The notes under the pieces were generated by a model. That model was given only the letters and a program-made list of their open reading frames with translations, did no database searches and was not told the DNA's origin. Below are positions 16,703-25,052 of a DNA stretch of 33,887 nucleotides, piece by piece; the stretch's first letter is position 1, and each line of letters starts with the position of its first letter. Location: IMG/VR virus record IMGVR_UViG_2740892429_000002, positions 1 through 33,887 of that record. One strand, written 5' to 3'. Source of the DNA: a virus (lineage: Duplodnaviria; Heunggongvirae; Uroviricota; Caudoviricetes). Made by a program: the position numbers and the translations under genes.

Positions 16703-17755
16703 ATGAAAAATACTGTAAAAATAAACAGTGTTGATTTAATCAACGCTGATTGCCTGCATTTTATTCAGTCCCTGCCTGATGATTCCATTGACCTGATTGT
16801 TACCGATCCGCCGTACTTCAAGGTGAAACCCAACGGCTGGGACAATCAGTGGAAAGGGGACGAAGATTACCTTAAGTGGCTGGACCACTGTCTGGCCCAG
16901 TTCTGGCGGGTGTTAAAACCTGCCGGAAGCCTTTACCTGTTCTGTGGGCATCGCCTGGCATCTGATATTGAGATCATGATGCGTGAACGTTTCAACGTGC
17001 TTAACCATATCATCTGGGCGAAGCCGTCCGGACGTTGGAATGGGTGTAATAAAGAAAGTCTGCGTGCATATTTTCCTGCCACAGAGCGCGTTCTGTTTGC
17101 TGAACATTACCAGGGGCCATATCGCGGCAAAAGTGACGGCTATGCGGCAAAAGAAAGGGAACTCAAACAGCACATAATGGCACCGCTGATATCGTATTTC
17201 AGGGATGCTCGTGCCGAACTGGGTATAACGACAAAACAAATTGCCGAAGCCACAGGTAAGAAAAATATGGTTTCCCACTGGTTTGGTGCCAGTCAGTGGC
17301 AGTTGCCGAATGAGGCTGACTATCGGAAGTTACAGGCACTGTTTTCCCGTATAGCGGCAGAGAAGTTTCAGGAACAACAACTGGAACAACCACACCACCA
17401 GCTGGTGGCATCTTATGATTCACTGAATCGCAAATATTCTGAATTGCTGGATGAGTTTAAATCTCTCCGGCGCTATTTCTCCGTATCAGTCTCCGTGCCT
17501 TATACCGATGTCTGGATGCATAAACCCGTTCAGTTCTACCCGGGGAAACATCCGTGTGAGAAACCGGCGGATATGCTCAGGCAAATAATCAATGCCAGTA
17601 GTCGACCAGGTGATCTGGTTGCTGATTTTTTTATGGGATCCGGTTCCACAATAAAAGCAGCAATGGCGCTGGGGCGTCGGGCCTTAGGTGTTGAGCTTGA
17701 GTCAGAGCGGTTTAACCAGACAGTGAAAGAGATAAACGAGCTGGTGGGGAAATAA
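16703..17755 (+). CDS. orphan DNA methyltransferase (N6-adenine/N4-cytosine class, DPPY motif)
   Basis: 350 aa. IVTDPPYF catalytic motif near the N-terminus and an FxGSGST AdoMet-binding motif near the C-terminus. No cognate restriction gene nearby. Confidence 0.8.
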
Positions 17756-17759
17756 TCTG

Positions 17760-17788
17760 GTGGCCACGTCAGGTGGCCTTTTTATTTC
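17760..17788 (+). terminator. intrinsic terminator after the methyltransferase
   Basis: GGCCAC-GTCA-GGTGGCC followed by TTTTTATTT. Confidence 0.55.
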
Positions 17789-17822
17789 CATTACACAGCA
17801 CCCGCATCTGCGAGGTGGGGTT

Positions 17823-18038
17823 ATGAAATCCATGGATAAGTTAACAACGGGTGTCGCCTATGGCACCTCAGCAGGTAGTGCCGGGTACTGGTTTTTACAG
17901 TTGCTCGATAAAGTCACGCCCTCACAGTGGGCGGCAATAGGTGTGCTGGGTAGTCTGGTATTTGGCTTGCTGACGTATCTGACAAACCTTTATTTCAAGA
18001 TTAAAGAAGACAAGCGTAAGGCTGCACGGGGAGAGTAA
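17823..18038 (+). CDS. phage-21-type pinholin (class II holin, dual start MKSM)
   Basis: [71 protein letters not shown] closely matches S21 as I recall it. GAGGTGGGG RBS. Confidence 0.85.
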
Positions 18039-18042
18039 TTCA

Positions 18043-18594
18043 ATGACTCAAAACTATGAACTGATTGTGAAAGGGATCCGCAATTTTGAGAATAAAGTTA
18101 CGGTAACTTTAGCGTTACGGGACAAAAAACGCTTTGACGGTGAAATTTTTGACCTGGACATCTCGCTGGACCGTGTTGAAGGTGCCGCGCTGGAGGTTTA
18201 TGAGGCAGCAGCCAGAAGGAGCATCAGACAGGTCTTCCTGGATGTTGCTGCTGGGTTATGTGAAGGGGATGAGCAGTCGCCGGAAAAGCGCCCCGTAATT
18301 TTAGATGCGAAGAATGTGTGGATAACCTACAAAGGAAAGCTACCGGGAAGAATTACTGGTTCTCTGAAGACGCCACCGACGGCATTGCGGTCAGAAAAAG
18401 ATGATATTGAATCGCCCATTGAAAAACTGGAGGGCAGAGTCGCTGATCTGAATAAAAAATTGTCGGTGCTGATCCCTTCTGAAGATGAAAAAAAACGCCG
18501 CGATGAGCAGTTTGCGGCGTTTTACGATTATTGCATTGAGGTTACTCGCAGGAATTTTGTGAAGATTTTTGAGGAGGGTAAATCTCTTCAGTAA
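18043..18594 (+). CDS. hypothetical protein (183 aa) inserted between holin and endolysin
   Basis: ORF starting 5 nt after the holin stop, GGGGAGAG upstream. No recognisable domain; charged, partly coiled-coil C-terminal half. Confidence 0.55.
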   Translation: MTQNYELIVKGIRNFENKVTVTLALRDKKRFDGEIFDLDISLDRVEGAALEVYEAAARRSIRQVFLDVAAGLCEGDEQSPEKRPVILDAKNVWITYKGKLPGRITGSLKTPPTALRSEKDDIESPIEKLEGRVADLNKKLSVLIPSEDEKKRRDEQFAAFYDYCIEVTRRNFVKIFEEGKSLQ

Positions 18595-18802
18595 GCTTAA
18601 TGGCGGACGCTGCAATTAATTCAGGAAGATCCGCAAGGTCATCTGTCAGTGGATATGATGAAAAATCGGCGGCAGTTCTGTTAAGAAGCGCTTTAACTAA
18701 TTCCTTTTCTTTCTCCGGCAACAAGTTGATTAGAGCTACGACTGCTTGCCTGAGTGCGATTAAATCAGCAAAAGTTTGTTTTGGTAGATTTGTGTAATCC
18801 AT
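18542..18802 (-). CDS. hypothetical acidic protein (86 aa), convergent with the 183-aa gene
   Basis: Start at MDYTNLPK with AGAGGTG RBS. Its 3' end overlaps the 3' end of the plus-strand gene by about 50 nt. Confidence 0.5.
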   Translation of the reverse strand: MDYTNLPKQTFADLIALRQAVVALINLLPEKEKELVKALLNRTAADFSSYPLTDDLADLPELIAASAIKLTEEIYPPQKSSQNSCE

Positions 18803-18915
18803 AGTCACCTCTGTGTTTATCAGATTGACATCCTCCTCCCGCCAGTGCCCATCACTGGCGAGGTAAGATTTAACATATCCGGGGATTTGAAGCCGATAAA
18901 TCCTGATAAATATCC

Positions 18916-19449
18916 ATGAGCGCAAAAATCAAATATGGCCTGTCGGCTGCCGTTCTGGCACTGATTGCCGTCGGTGCGCCTGCGCCTGACATTCTTGACC
19001 AGTTTCTGAATGAAAAGGAAGGTAACCATACCACGGCATACCGCGATGGTTCCGGCATCTGGACCATCTGTCGTGGTGCCACAATGGTGGATGGTAAGCC
19101 CGTCATACCGGGAATGAAGCTGTCGAAGGAAAAATGCGACCAGGTTAACGCTATTGAACGTGATAAGGCGCTGGCATGGGTGGAGCGCAATATTAAAGTA
19201 CCACTGACCGAACCACAGAAAGCGGGTATAGCGTCATTTTGTCCCTATAACATTGGCCCCGGTAAGTGTTTCCCGTCGACGTTTTATAAGCGGCTGAATG
19301 CCGGTGATCGTAAGGGTGCATGCGAGGCGATTCGCTGGTGGATAAAAGATGGTGGGCGCGATTGCCGCATACGTTCAAATAACTGCTATGGACAGGTTAT
19401 TCGTCGTGACCAAGAAAGCGCATTAGCCTGTTGGGGGATAGATCAGTGA
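18916..19449 (+). CDS. SAR endolysin (T4-lysozyme-like muramidase)
   Basis: N-terminal signal-anchor-release segment ([16 protein letters not shown]) and E-8aa-D-5aa-T catalytic triad ([18 protein letters not shown]). Confidence 0.85.
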   Translation: MSAKIKYGLSAAVLALIAVGAPAPDILDQFLNEKEGNHTTAYRDGSGIWTICRGATMVDGKPVIPGMKLSKEKCDQVNAIERDKALAWVERNIKVPLTEPQKAGIASFCPYNIGPGKCFPSTFYKRLNAGDRKGACEAIRWWIKDGGRDCRIRSNNCYGQVIRRDQESALACWGIDQ

Positions 19450-19913
19450 GCAGAGTCGCCGCGATTATTTATGCTCTGGTTATCTGCATCATCGTCTGCC
19501 TGTCGTGGGCGGTCAATCATTACCGTGATAACGCCATCGCCTACAAAGAACAGCGAGATAAAAAAGTCAGTGAGCTGAAGCAGGCGACCGCCACCATTAC
19601 TGACATGCAGCAGCGCCAGCGTTCTGCTGATGCACTCGATGCTAAATACACGAAGGAGTTAGCTGATGCGAAAGCTGAAAATGATGCTCTTCGGCGCAAG
19701 CTTGATAATGGTGGTCGGGTGTTCGTCAAAGGAAAATGCCCTGTGCCATCCTCAGCCGAAACCTCCAGCGCCTCCGGCATGGGCAATGATGCCACCGTCG
19801 AACTCTCTCCAGTTGCTGGACGAAACGTTCTCGGTATCCGGGACGGAATCATCAGCGACCAAACAGCACTGAGAGCGCTTCAGGAATACATCAGGACGCA
19901 ATGCCTTCGATGA
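19446..19913 (+). CDS. Rz: i-spanin Rz
   Basis: GTG start overlapping the endolysin stop. N-terminal TM segment and a sequence close to lambda Rz ([26 protein letters not shown]...[17 protein letters not shown]). Confidence 0.85.
   Translation: MSRVAAIIYALVICIIVCLSWAVNHYRDNAIAYKEQRDKKVSELKQATATITDMQQRQRSADALDAKYTKELADAKAENDALRRKLDNGGRVFVKGKCPVPSSAETSSASGMGNDATVELSPVAGRNVLGIRDGIISDQTALRALQEYIRTQCLR
19666..19872 (+). CDS. Rz1: o-spanin Rz1 (embedded lipoprotein)
   Basis: 68-aa ORF in the +1 frame inside Rz; lipobox LIMVVGC, proline-rich PPAPPAW; AAGGAG RBS. Confidence 0.8.
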   Translation: MRKLKMMLFGASLIMVVGCSSKENALCHPQPKPPAPPAWAMMPPSNSLQLLDETFSVSGTESSATKQH

Positions 19914-20053
19914 TAGCGATAATTTTACTTATCATCCTTCACATCTGGCTCTGTAGACAGGGTGGTGATCACTTCTGGAGTGAATCCAGATTAAACATCT
20001 CATTGCTGATGCTTGATATTGAGCATCTTGCGCGCGGTAAGGGGCTGCGTTGA
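19910..20053 (+). CDS. candidate small membrane protein (47 aa)
   Basis: Hand-translated ORF whose ATG overlaps the Rz stop (ATGA). N-terminal hydrophobic stretch [13 protein letters not shown]. No SD of its own. Confidence 0.3.
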   Translation: MIAIILLIILHIWLCRQGGDHFWSESRLNISLLMLDIEHLARGKGLR

Positions 20054-20728
20054 GATAAGGGCCAGTCATTACAAATACCAGGATTTAGCCTCGTATTCGC
20101 GGGGCTTTTTATTGCCATTACAAAAGCCACTCCCTACAGAGTGGCTTTGATAATGGCTTATACCCTACACGGGATAACTTAACTGATATCCCTTTTAACG
20201 GATAAAGGTATTCAAGCCTGACACATCATGCGCTGTATCGTCGCCGTATTCCCGTATTAACAGAGACCGTAGCCCGACGGGGAACTCCTTCTGCGAGAGT
20301 GTGCGGGAATAATCAAAAACGATGCACACCGGGTTTTTACCGCGCTAATGATTCGCGGGTTTGTCCCTCATGCTCGCCAGTCCTGTGCGGGGGTGGAAGA
20401 AACAGGACACTCACACAGATTCTTGTGGGTACGATGCTATTCCTTTCTGGATTATCCCGATGCCATTCATGCAGGGTGCTGTATCAGACGTTCGTCATGG
20501 CTGTCAGGCTGACGGGTCCTCCCGGTGGGGTGGCCTGCCACGGGGCGGGAGCGTCGCGGAAAAAGGCTAGTTTTTGCATTTTTATTGGCCACCATCATCT
20601 TTGCATCTTATTGATTATTAATGGTTATTTGTTTTTTGCATGTCGAATTGAGTGTTTTTTGTTCGACATCGAACGCGTTTTCTTAAAGTTGTTCGCACGA
20701 TGCATGTTTAAAGCTCTCCGGAGGAAAT
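20054..20728. other. cos-proximal noncoding region upstream of the terminase small subunit
   Basis: No credible ORF. 9-bp perfect hairpin AAGCCACTC...GAGTGGCTT (about 20121-20148), a GC-rich block at 20500-20560, TTTTGCAT repeats, and inverted repeat ATGTCGAA-N16-TTCGACAT just upstream of the Nu1 start. Confidence 0.35.
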
Positions 20729-21220
20729 ATGGATCATGAGTTGAAAAACCTGGTGCTGAATATTAATCAACTGGCGGCTTTATCTGGTCTGCACCGCCAG
20801 ACTGTCGTGGCAAGACTGAAAAACATTCGTCCCGCTGGTGGACATGACAAACTCAAGCTATACCGGTTGACCGATATTCTGACTGAATTTATGGGGTTAC
20901 CACCGCCGGTTGCTGAGGGTGAAATGGATCCACATGAACGCAAAGCCTGGTATCAGTCTGAACGTGAGCGTCTTAAGTTCGAACAGGAAACGGCACAACT
21001 CATTCCGGCCAGTGATGTCAGACGGGAGTTTGCCATCTGGGCAAAAGCGGTCGTGCAGGTGCTGGAGACATTACCGGATATTCTGGAACGTGACTGCGGC
21101 CTGCAGCCTGCCGCTGTGAGCCGTGTTCAGTCCATTATTGATGATCTGCGCGATCAGATAGCCCTGCGGGTGACCGAAGCAGGTGCGGATGATGAGGAGG
21201 AATTACAGCAGGAGGAGTAA
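20729..21220 (+). CDS. nu1: terminase small subunit (Nu1-like)
   Basis: 163 aa; N-terminal wHTH (INQLAALSGLHRQTVVARL), acidic C-terminus; GGAGGA RBS. Confidence 0.8.
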   Translation: MDHELKNLVLNINQLAALSGLHRQTVVARLKNIRPAGGHDKLKLYRLTDILTEFMGLPPPVAEGEMDPHERKAWYQSERERLKFEQETAQLIPASDVRREFAIWAKAVVQVLETLPDILERDCGLQPAAVSRVQSIIDDLRDQIALRVTEAGADDEEELQQEE

Positions 21221-23322
21221 TGCTGAATCAGGAAACCGCAAAGGCAGCACGAACCGATTCAGGTTATATCCTTCGCGCACCGAGACGAATGCGGGTTGCT
21301 GATGCCGTTGCTCAGTATATGCGGGTGCCCATGGGGGCAGGGAACTCAGTCCCGTGGGATCCGCTGGTGGCACCGTATGTTATTGAGCCGATGAACTGCC
21401 TGGCCTCGCGTGAATACGACGCAGTGATATTTGTTGGCCCGGCACGAACCGGCAAGACTATCGGCCTGATTGACGGCTGGGTGATTTACAACGTGATTTG
21501 CGACCCTGCGGATATGCTGATCATTCAGATGACGGAGGAAAAAGCCCGCGAACACTCCAAAAAACGACTCGCCAGAACGTTTCGCGTCAGCCCGGAAGTG
21601 GTCAGTCGCCTGAGTCCGAACAAAAATGACAACAACGTTTATGACAGAACATTCCTTGCTGGCAACTACCTGAAAATCGGCTGGCCGTCAGTCAATATCA
21701 TGTCCTCATCAGATTATAAATGCGTCGCGCTGACGGATTATGACCGTTTTCCGGAAGATATTGATGGCGAGGGGGATGCTTTCTCTCTTGCCTCAAAACG
21801 TACCACAACATTTATGTCCAGTGGTATGACGCTGGTGGAGAGTTCCCCCGGCAGGGATGTGAAGGATGTGAAATGGCGACGGACTTCACCGCATGAGGCT
21901 CCACCAACCACTGGGATACTGTCGCTCTATAACCGTGGCGATCGCCGTCGCTGGTACTGGCCCTGTCCACACTGTGGTGAGTATTTTCAGCCCTGCGGCG
22001 ATGTGGTTGCTGGTTTCCGTGATATTGCCGATCCCGTGCTGGCAAGTGAGGCGGCTTATATTCAGTGTCCTTCCTGTTCAGGACGGATTATGCCTGAACA
22101 AAAACGTGAGCTGAACGGACGTGGGGTCTGGCTGCGGGATGGTGAATCCATCAATGCGGATGGCAGTCGTTATGGTGATCCCCGACGCTCACGTATTGCG
22201 TCATTCTGGATGGAGGGTCCGGCAGCTGCTTACCAGACACTCTCGCAACTCGTTTACAAACTGCTTACTGCAGAACAGGAATACGAGACAACCGGAAGTG
22301 AAGAAACACTCAAGACGGTTATCAATACCGACTGGGGATTACCTTATCTTCCCCGCGCCAGCATGGAGCAACGAAAAAGTGAACTGCTTGAGCAGCGGGC
22401 AGAGCCAGTTCCTTCCCGCAGTGTGCCGGATGGCGTTAATTTCCTTGTGGCGACAGTGGATGTGCAGGCGGGACGTCATCGCCGTTTTGTGGTTCAGGTA
22501 ACGGGCTATGGCAGCCGTGGCGAACGCTGGATTATTGATCGTTACAACATCACGCAGTCATTGCGCGGTGACAGCGACGGGGAGAGCCAGCGAATTGATC
22601 CGGCCAGTTATCCGGAAGACTGGGATGTCCTGCTGACGGATGTTTTTCATAAAAGCTGGCCGCTGGCCTCCGATCCTTCTCAACAAATGCGACTGATGGC
22701 AATGGCGGTGGACTCCGGCGGTGAAGACGGGGTCACTGATAATGCCTATAAATTCTGGCGTCGTTGCCGTCGTGATGGCCTTGGTAAACGTATTTACCTG
22801 TTTAAGGGCGACAGCATCCGGCGCGCAAAACTGATCACCCGTACATTCCCTGATAACACCGGACGAACGGGCCGACGGGCGCAGGCCGCAGGTGATGTAC
22901 CGCTCTGGCTTCTTCAGACGGATGCCCTGAAAGACCGGGTGAATAACGCGTTATGGCGTGACTCGCCAGGTCCCGGCTATGTGCATTTCCCTGACTGGCT
23001 GGGGAGCTGGTTTTACGACGAACTGACGTATGAAGAGCGGAGCAGTGACGGGAAATGGAGTAAGCCGGGTCGCGGTGCCAACGAAGCTTTTGACCTGATG
23101 GTGTATGCCGAGGCTCTGGTCATTCTGCATGGATACGAAAAGATCCGCTGGCCGGATGCACCGGAGTGGGCGAGCCGGGAAACCTGGCTGGAGTGTGTCC
23201 CGGACAGTACCGAACCGTCACCCTCACCGGAACCGGTATCCACGCCTGTTAAAAAACAAAAACGGAAGAAAACAGTAACTGACGATGTTAACCCCTGGCT
23301 GACTTCCGGAGGATGGTTATGA
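21220..23322 (+). CDS. A: terminase large subunit (GpA family)
   Basis: 700 aa with Walker A-like GPARTGKT and CPHCGE zinc motif, as in lambda gpA. Confidence 0.9.
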   Translation: MLNQETAKAARTDSGYILRAPRRMRVADAVAQYMRVPMGAGNSVPWDPLVAPYVIEPMNCLASREYDAVIFVGPARTGKTIGLIDGWVIYNVICDPADMLIIQMTEEKAREHSKKRLARTFRVSPEVVSRLSPNKNDNNVYDRTFLAGNYLKIGWPSVNIMSSSDYKCVALTDYDRFPEDIDGEGDAFSLASKRTTTFMSSGMTLVESSPGRDVKDVKWRRTSPHEAPPTTGILSLYNRGDRRRWYWPCPHCGEYFQPCGDVVAGFRDIADPVLASEAAYIQCPSCSGRIMPEQKRELNGRGVWLRDGESINADGSRYGDPRRSRIASFWMEGPAAAYQTLSQLVYKLLTAEQEYETTGSEETLKTVINTDWGLPYLPRASMEQRKSELLEQRAEPVPSRSVPDGVNFLVATVDVQAGRHRRFVVQVTGYGSRGERWIIDRYNITQSLRGDSDGESQRIDPASYPEDWDVLLTDVFHKSWPLASDPSQQMRLMAMAVDSGGEDGVTDNAYKFWRRCRRDGLGKRIYLFKGDSIRRAKLITRTFPDNTGRTGRRAQAAGDVPLWLLQTDALKDRVNNALWRDSPGPGYVHFPDWLGSWFYDELTYEERSSDGKWSKPGRGANEAFDLMVYAEALVILHGYEKIRWPDAPEWASRETWLECVPDSTEPSPSPEPVSTPVKKQKRKKTVTDDVNPWLTSGGWL

Positions 23323-23531
23323 ACCAGAATGATATCGAAGCCATGATTCAGCGTTATACGGAAGCTGAAATGGCGGTGCTGGACGGAAAATCCGTCACCT
23401 TTAATGGTCAGCAGATGACCATGGAAAACTTATCTGAGATCCGGCAGGGACGGCAGGAGTGGGAGCGCCGCCTTGCGGCTCTGATTACACGACGACGGGG
23501 GCATCCCGGGTACCGGCTGGCGAGGTTCTGA
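23319..23531 (+). CDS. W: head-tail joining protein (gpW-like)
   Basis: 70 aa using the second ATG (6 nt after GGAGG), overlapping the terminase stop; position equivalent to lambda W. Confidence 0.55.
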   Translation: MNQNDIEAMIQRYTEAEMAVLDGKSVTFNGQQMTMENLSEIRQGRQEWERRLAALITRRRGHPGYRLARF

Positions 23532-25039
23532 TGGCAATTCTTGATGATGTGATTGGCGTTTTTTCACCAGGATGGAAAGCGGCAAGGCTGCGTTCCCGTG
23601 CGGTGATCCAGGCTTATGAGGCCGTAAAAACGACGCGGACACACAAAGCCCGGCGGGAGAACCGAACTGCCGACCAGTTAAGCCAGTACGGGGCCGTGTC
23701 GTTACGTGAGCAGGCCCGTTACCTTGATAACAACCACGATCTGGTTATTGGTGTATTTGACAAGCTGGAAGAACGGGTGGTGGGGAAAAACGGGATTATT
23801 GTCGAGCCACATCCGGTATTACGCAATGGGGCCATTGCCCGTGATCTGGCAGCGGAGATACGCACCCGATGGAGTGAATGGTCTGTCAGTCCGGAAGTCA
23901 CCGGGCAGTTTACCCGTCCGATGCTGGAACGTCTGATGCTGCGTACCTGGCTGCGCGATGGTGAGGTGTTTGCCCAGATGGTTTCCGGGCGCATAAACAG
24001 CCTGACGCCTTCTGCCGGTGTTCATTTCTGGCTGGAGGCGCTCGAGCCGGACTTTATTCCCATGACCAGTGATGAGAGCAACAGGCTGAATCAGGGCGTG
24101 TTTGTTGATGACTGGGGGCGTCCCGAAAAATATCTGGTGTATAAAAGCCGTCCCGTATCCTGGCGGCAGATGGAAACCAAAGAAGTGGATGCAGAGCGAA
24201 TGCTGCATCTTAAATTTGTTCGCCGTCTGCACCAGATGCGCGGGACGTCTTTGTTGTCCGGTGTGCTGATCCGCCTCAGTGCCCTGAAAGAGTATGAAGA
24301 TTCTGAGCTGACTGCAGCAAGGATCGCCGCTGCTCTGGGGATGTACATCCGGAAAGGCGACGGGCAGAGCTATGAACCGGATGGTAATGGCAGCAAGGAG
24401 AATGAACGCGAGCTTACCATTCAGCCAGGCATTATTTACGACGATCTGAAACCCGGCGAAGAAATCGGAATGGTGAAGTCGGATCGTCCCAATCCTAACC
24501 TTGAAACTTTTCGTAATGGTCAGTTGCGTGCCGTGGCGGCGGGCAGTCGTCTGAGTTTTTCCAGTACGGCACGCAACTATAACGGCACTTACAGCGCCCA
24601 GCGTCAGGAACTGGTTGAGTCTACTGATGGCTACCTGATCCTGCAGGACTGGTTTATTGGTGCCGTCACCCGCCCGATGTATCGTGCCTGGCTGAAACAG
24701 GCTGTGGCATCCGGTGTTATCAGGCTACCCCGCGATCTTGACCGTTCTTCACTGTATACCGCGGTGTATTCCGGACCGGTGATGCCGTGGATTGACCCTG
24801 TTAAGGAGGCTGAGGCCTGGAAAATCCAGATTCGTGGTGGAGCGGCGACAGAATCAGACTGGGTACGTGCTGGTGGTCGTAATCCGGATGATGTCAAACG
24901 TCGGCGCAAGGCCGAAATTGATGAAAACCGCAAGCTGGATCTGGTATTTGATACCGATCCGGCCAGTGATAAAGGAGGCAGCAGTGCCGCAACGAAACGA
25001 CAGGAGCCGCAGCACACCGACGACCAGTCCGAAGAATAA
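23531..25039 (+). CDS. B: portal protein (gpB-like)
   Basis: Start at MAILDDVIG, overlapping the W stop by 1 nt; about 500 aa in the lambda B position. Confidence 0.8.
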   Translation: MAILDDVIGVFSPGWKAARLRSRAVIQAYEAVKTTRTHKARRENRTADQLSQYGAVSLREQARYLDNNHDLVIGVFDKLEERVVGKNGIIVEPHPVLRNGAIARDLAAEIRTRWSEWSVSPEVTGQFTRPMLERLMLRTWLRDGEVFAQMVSGRINSLTPSAGVHFWLEALEPDFIPMTSDESNRLNQGVFVDDWGRPEKYLVYKSRPVSWRQMETKEVDAERMLHLKFVRRLHQMRGTSLLSGVLIRLSALKEYEDSELTAARIAAALGMYIRKGDGQSYEPDGNGSKENERELTIQPGIIYDDLKPGEEIGMVKSDRPNPNLETFRNGQLRAVAAGSRLSFSSTARNYNGTYSAQRQELVESTDGYLILQDWFIGAVTRPMYRAWLKQAVASGVIRLPRDLDRSSLYTAVYSGPVMPWIDPVKEAEAWKIQIRGGAATESDWVRAGGRNPDDVKRRRKAEIDENRKLDLVFDTDPASDKGGSSAATKRQEPQHTDDQSEE

Positions 25040-25052
25040 TTCCTGGTTCAGG

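Noticed and set aside
20299-20739. 146-aa plus-strand ORF upstream of Nu1
   Set aside because: Cys/Arg-rich translation of a GC-rich structured region that overlaps the Nu1 start; it looks like a cos or regulatory region, not a gene.
24792-25052. N-terminal extension of the protease-capsid ORF overlapping the portal gene
   Set aside because: It overlaps the portal gene's 3' end by about 250 nt in another frame; the first ATG after the portal stop is the likelier start.
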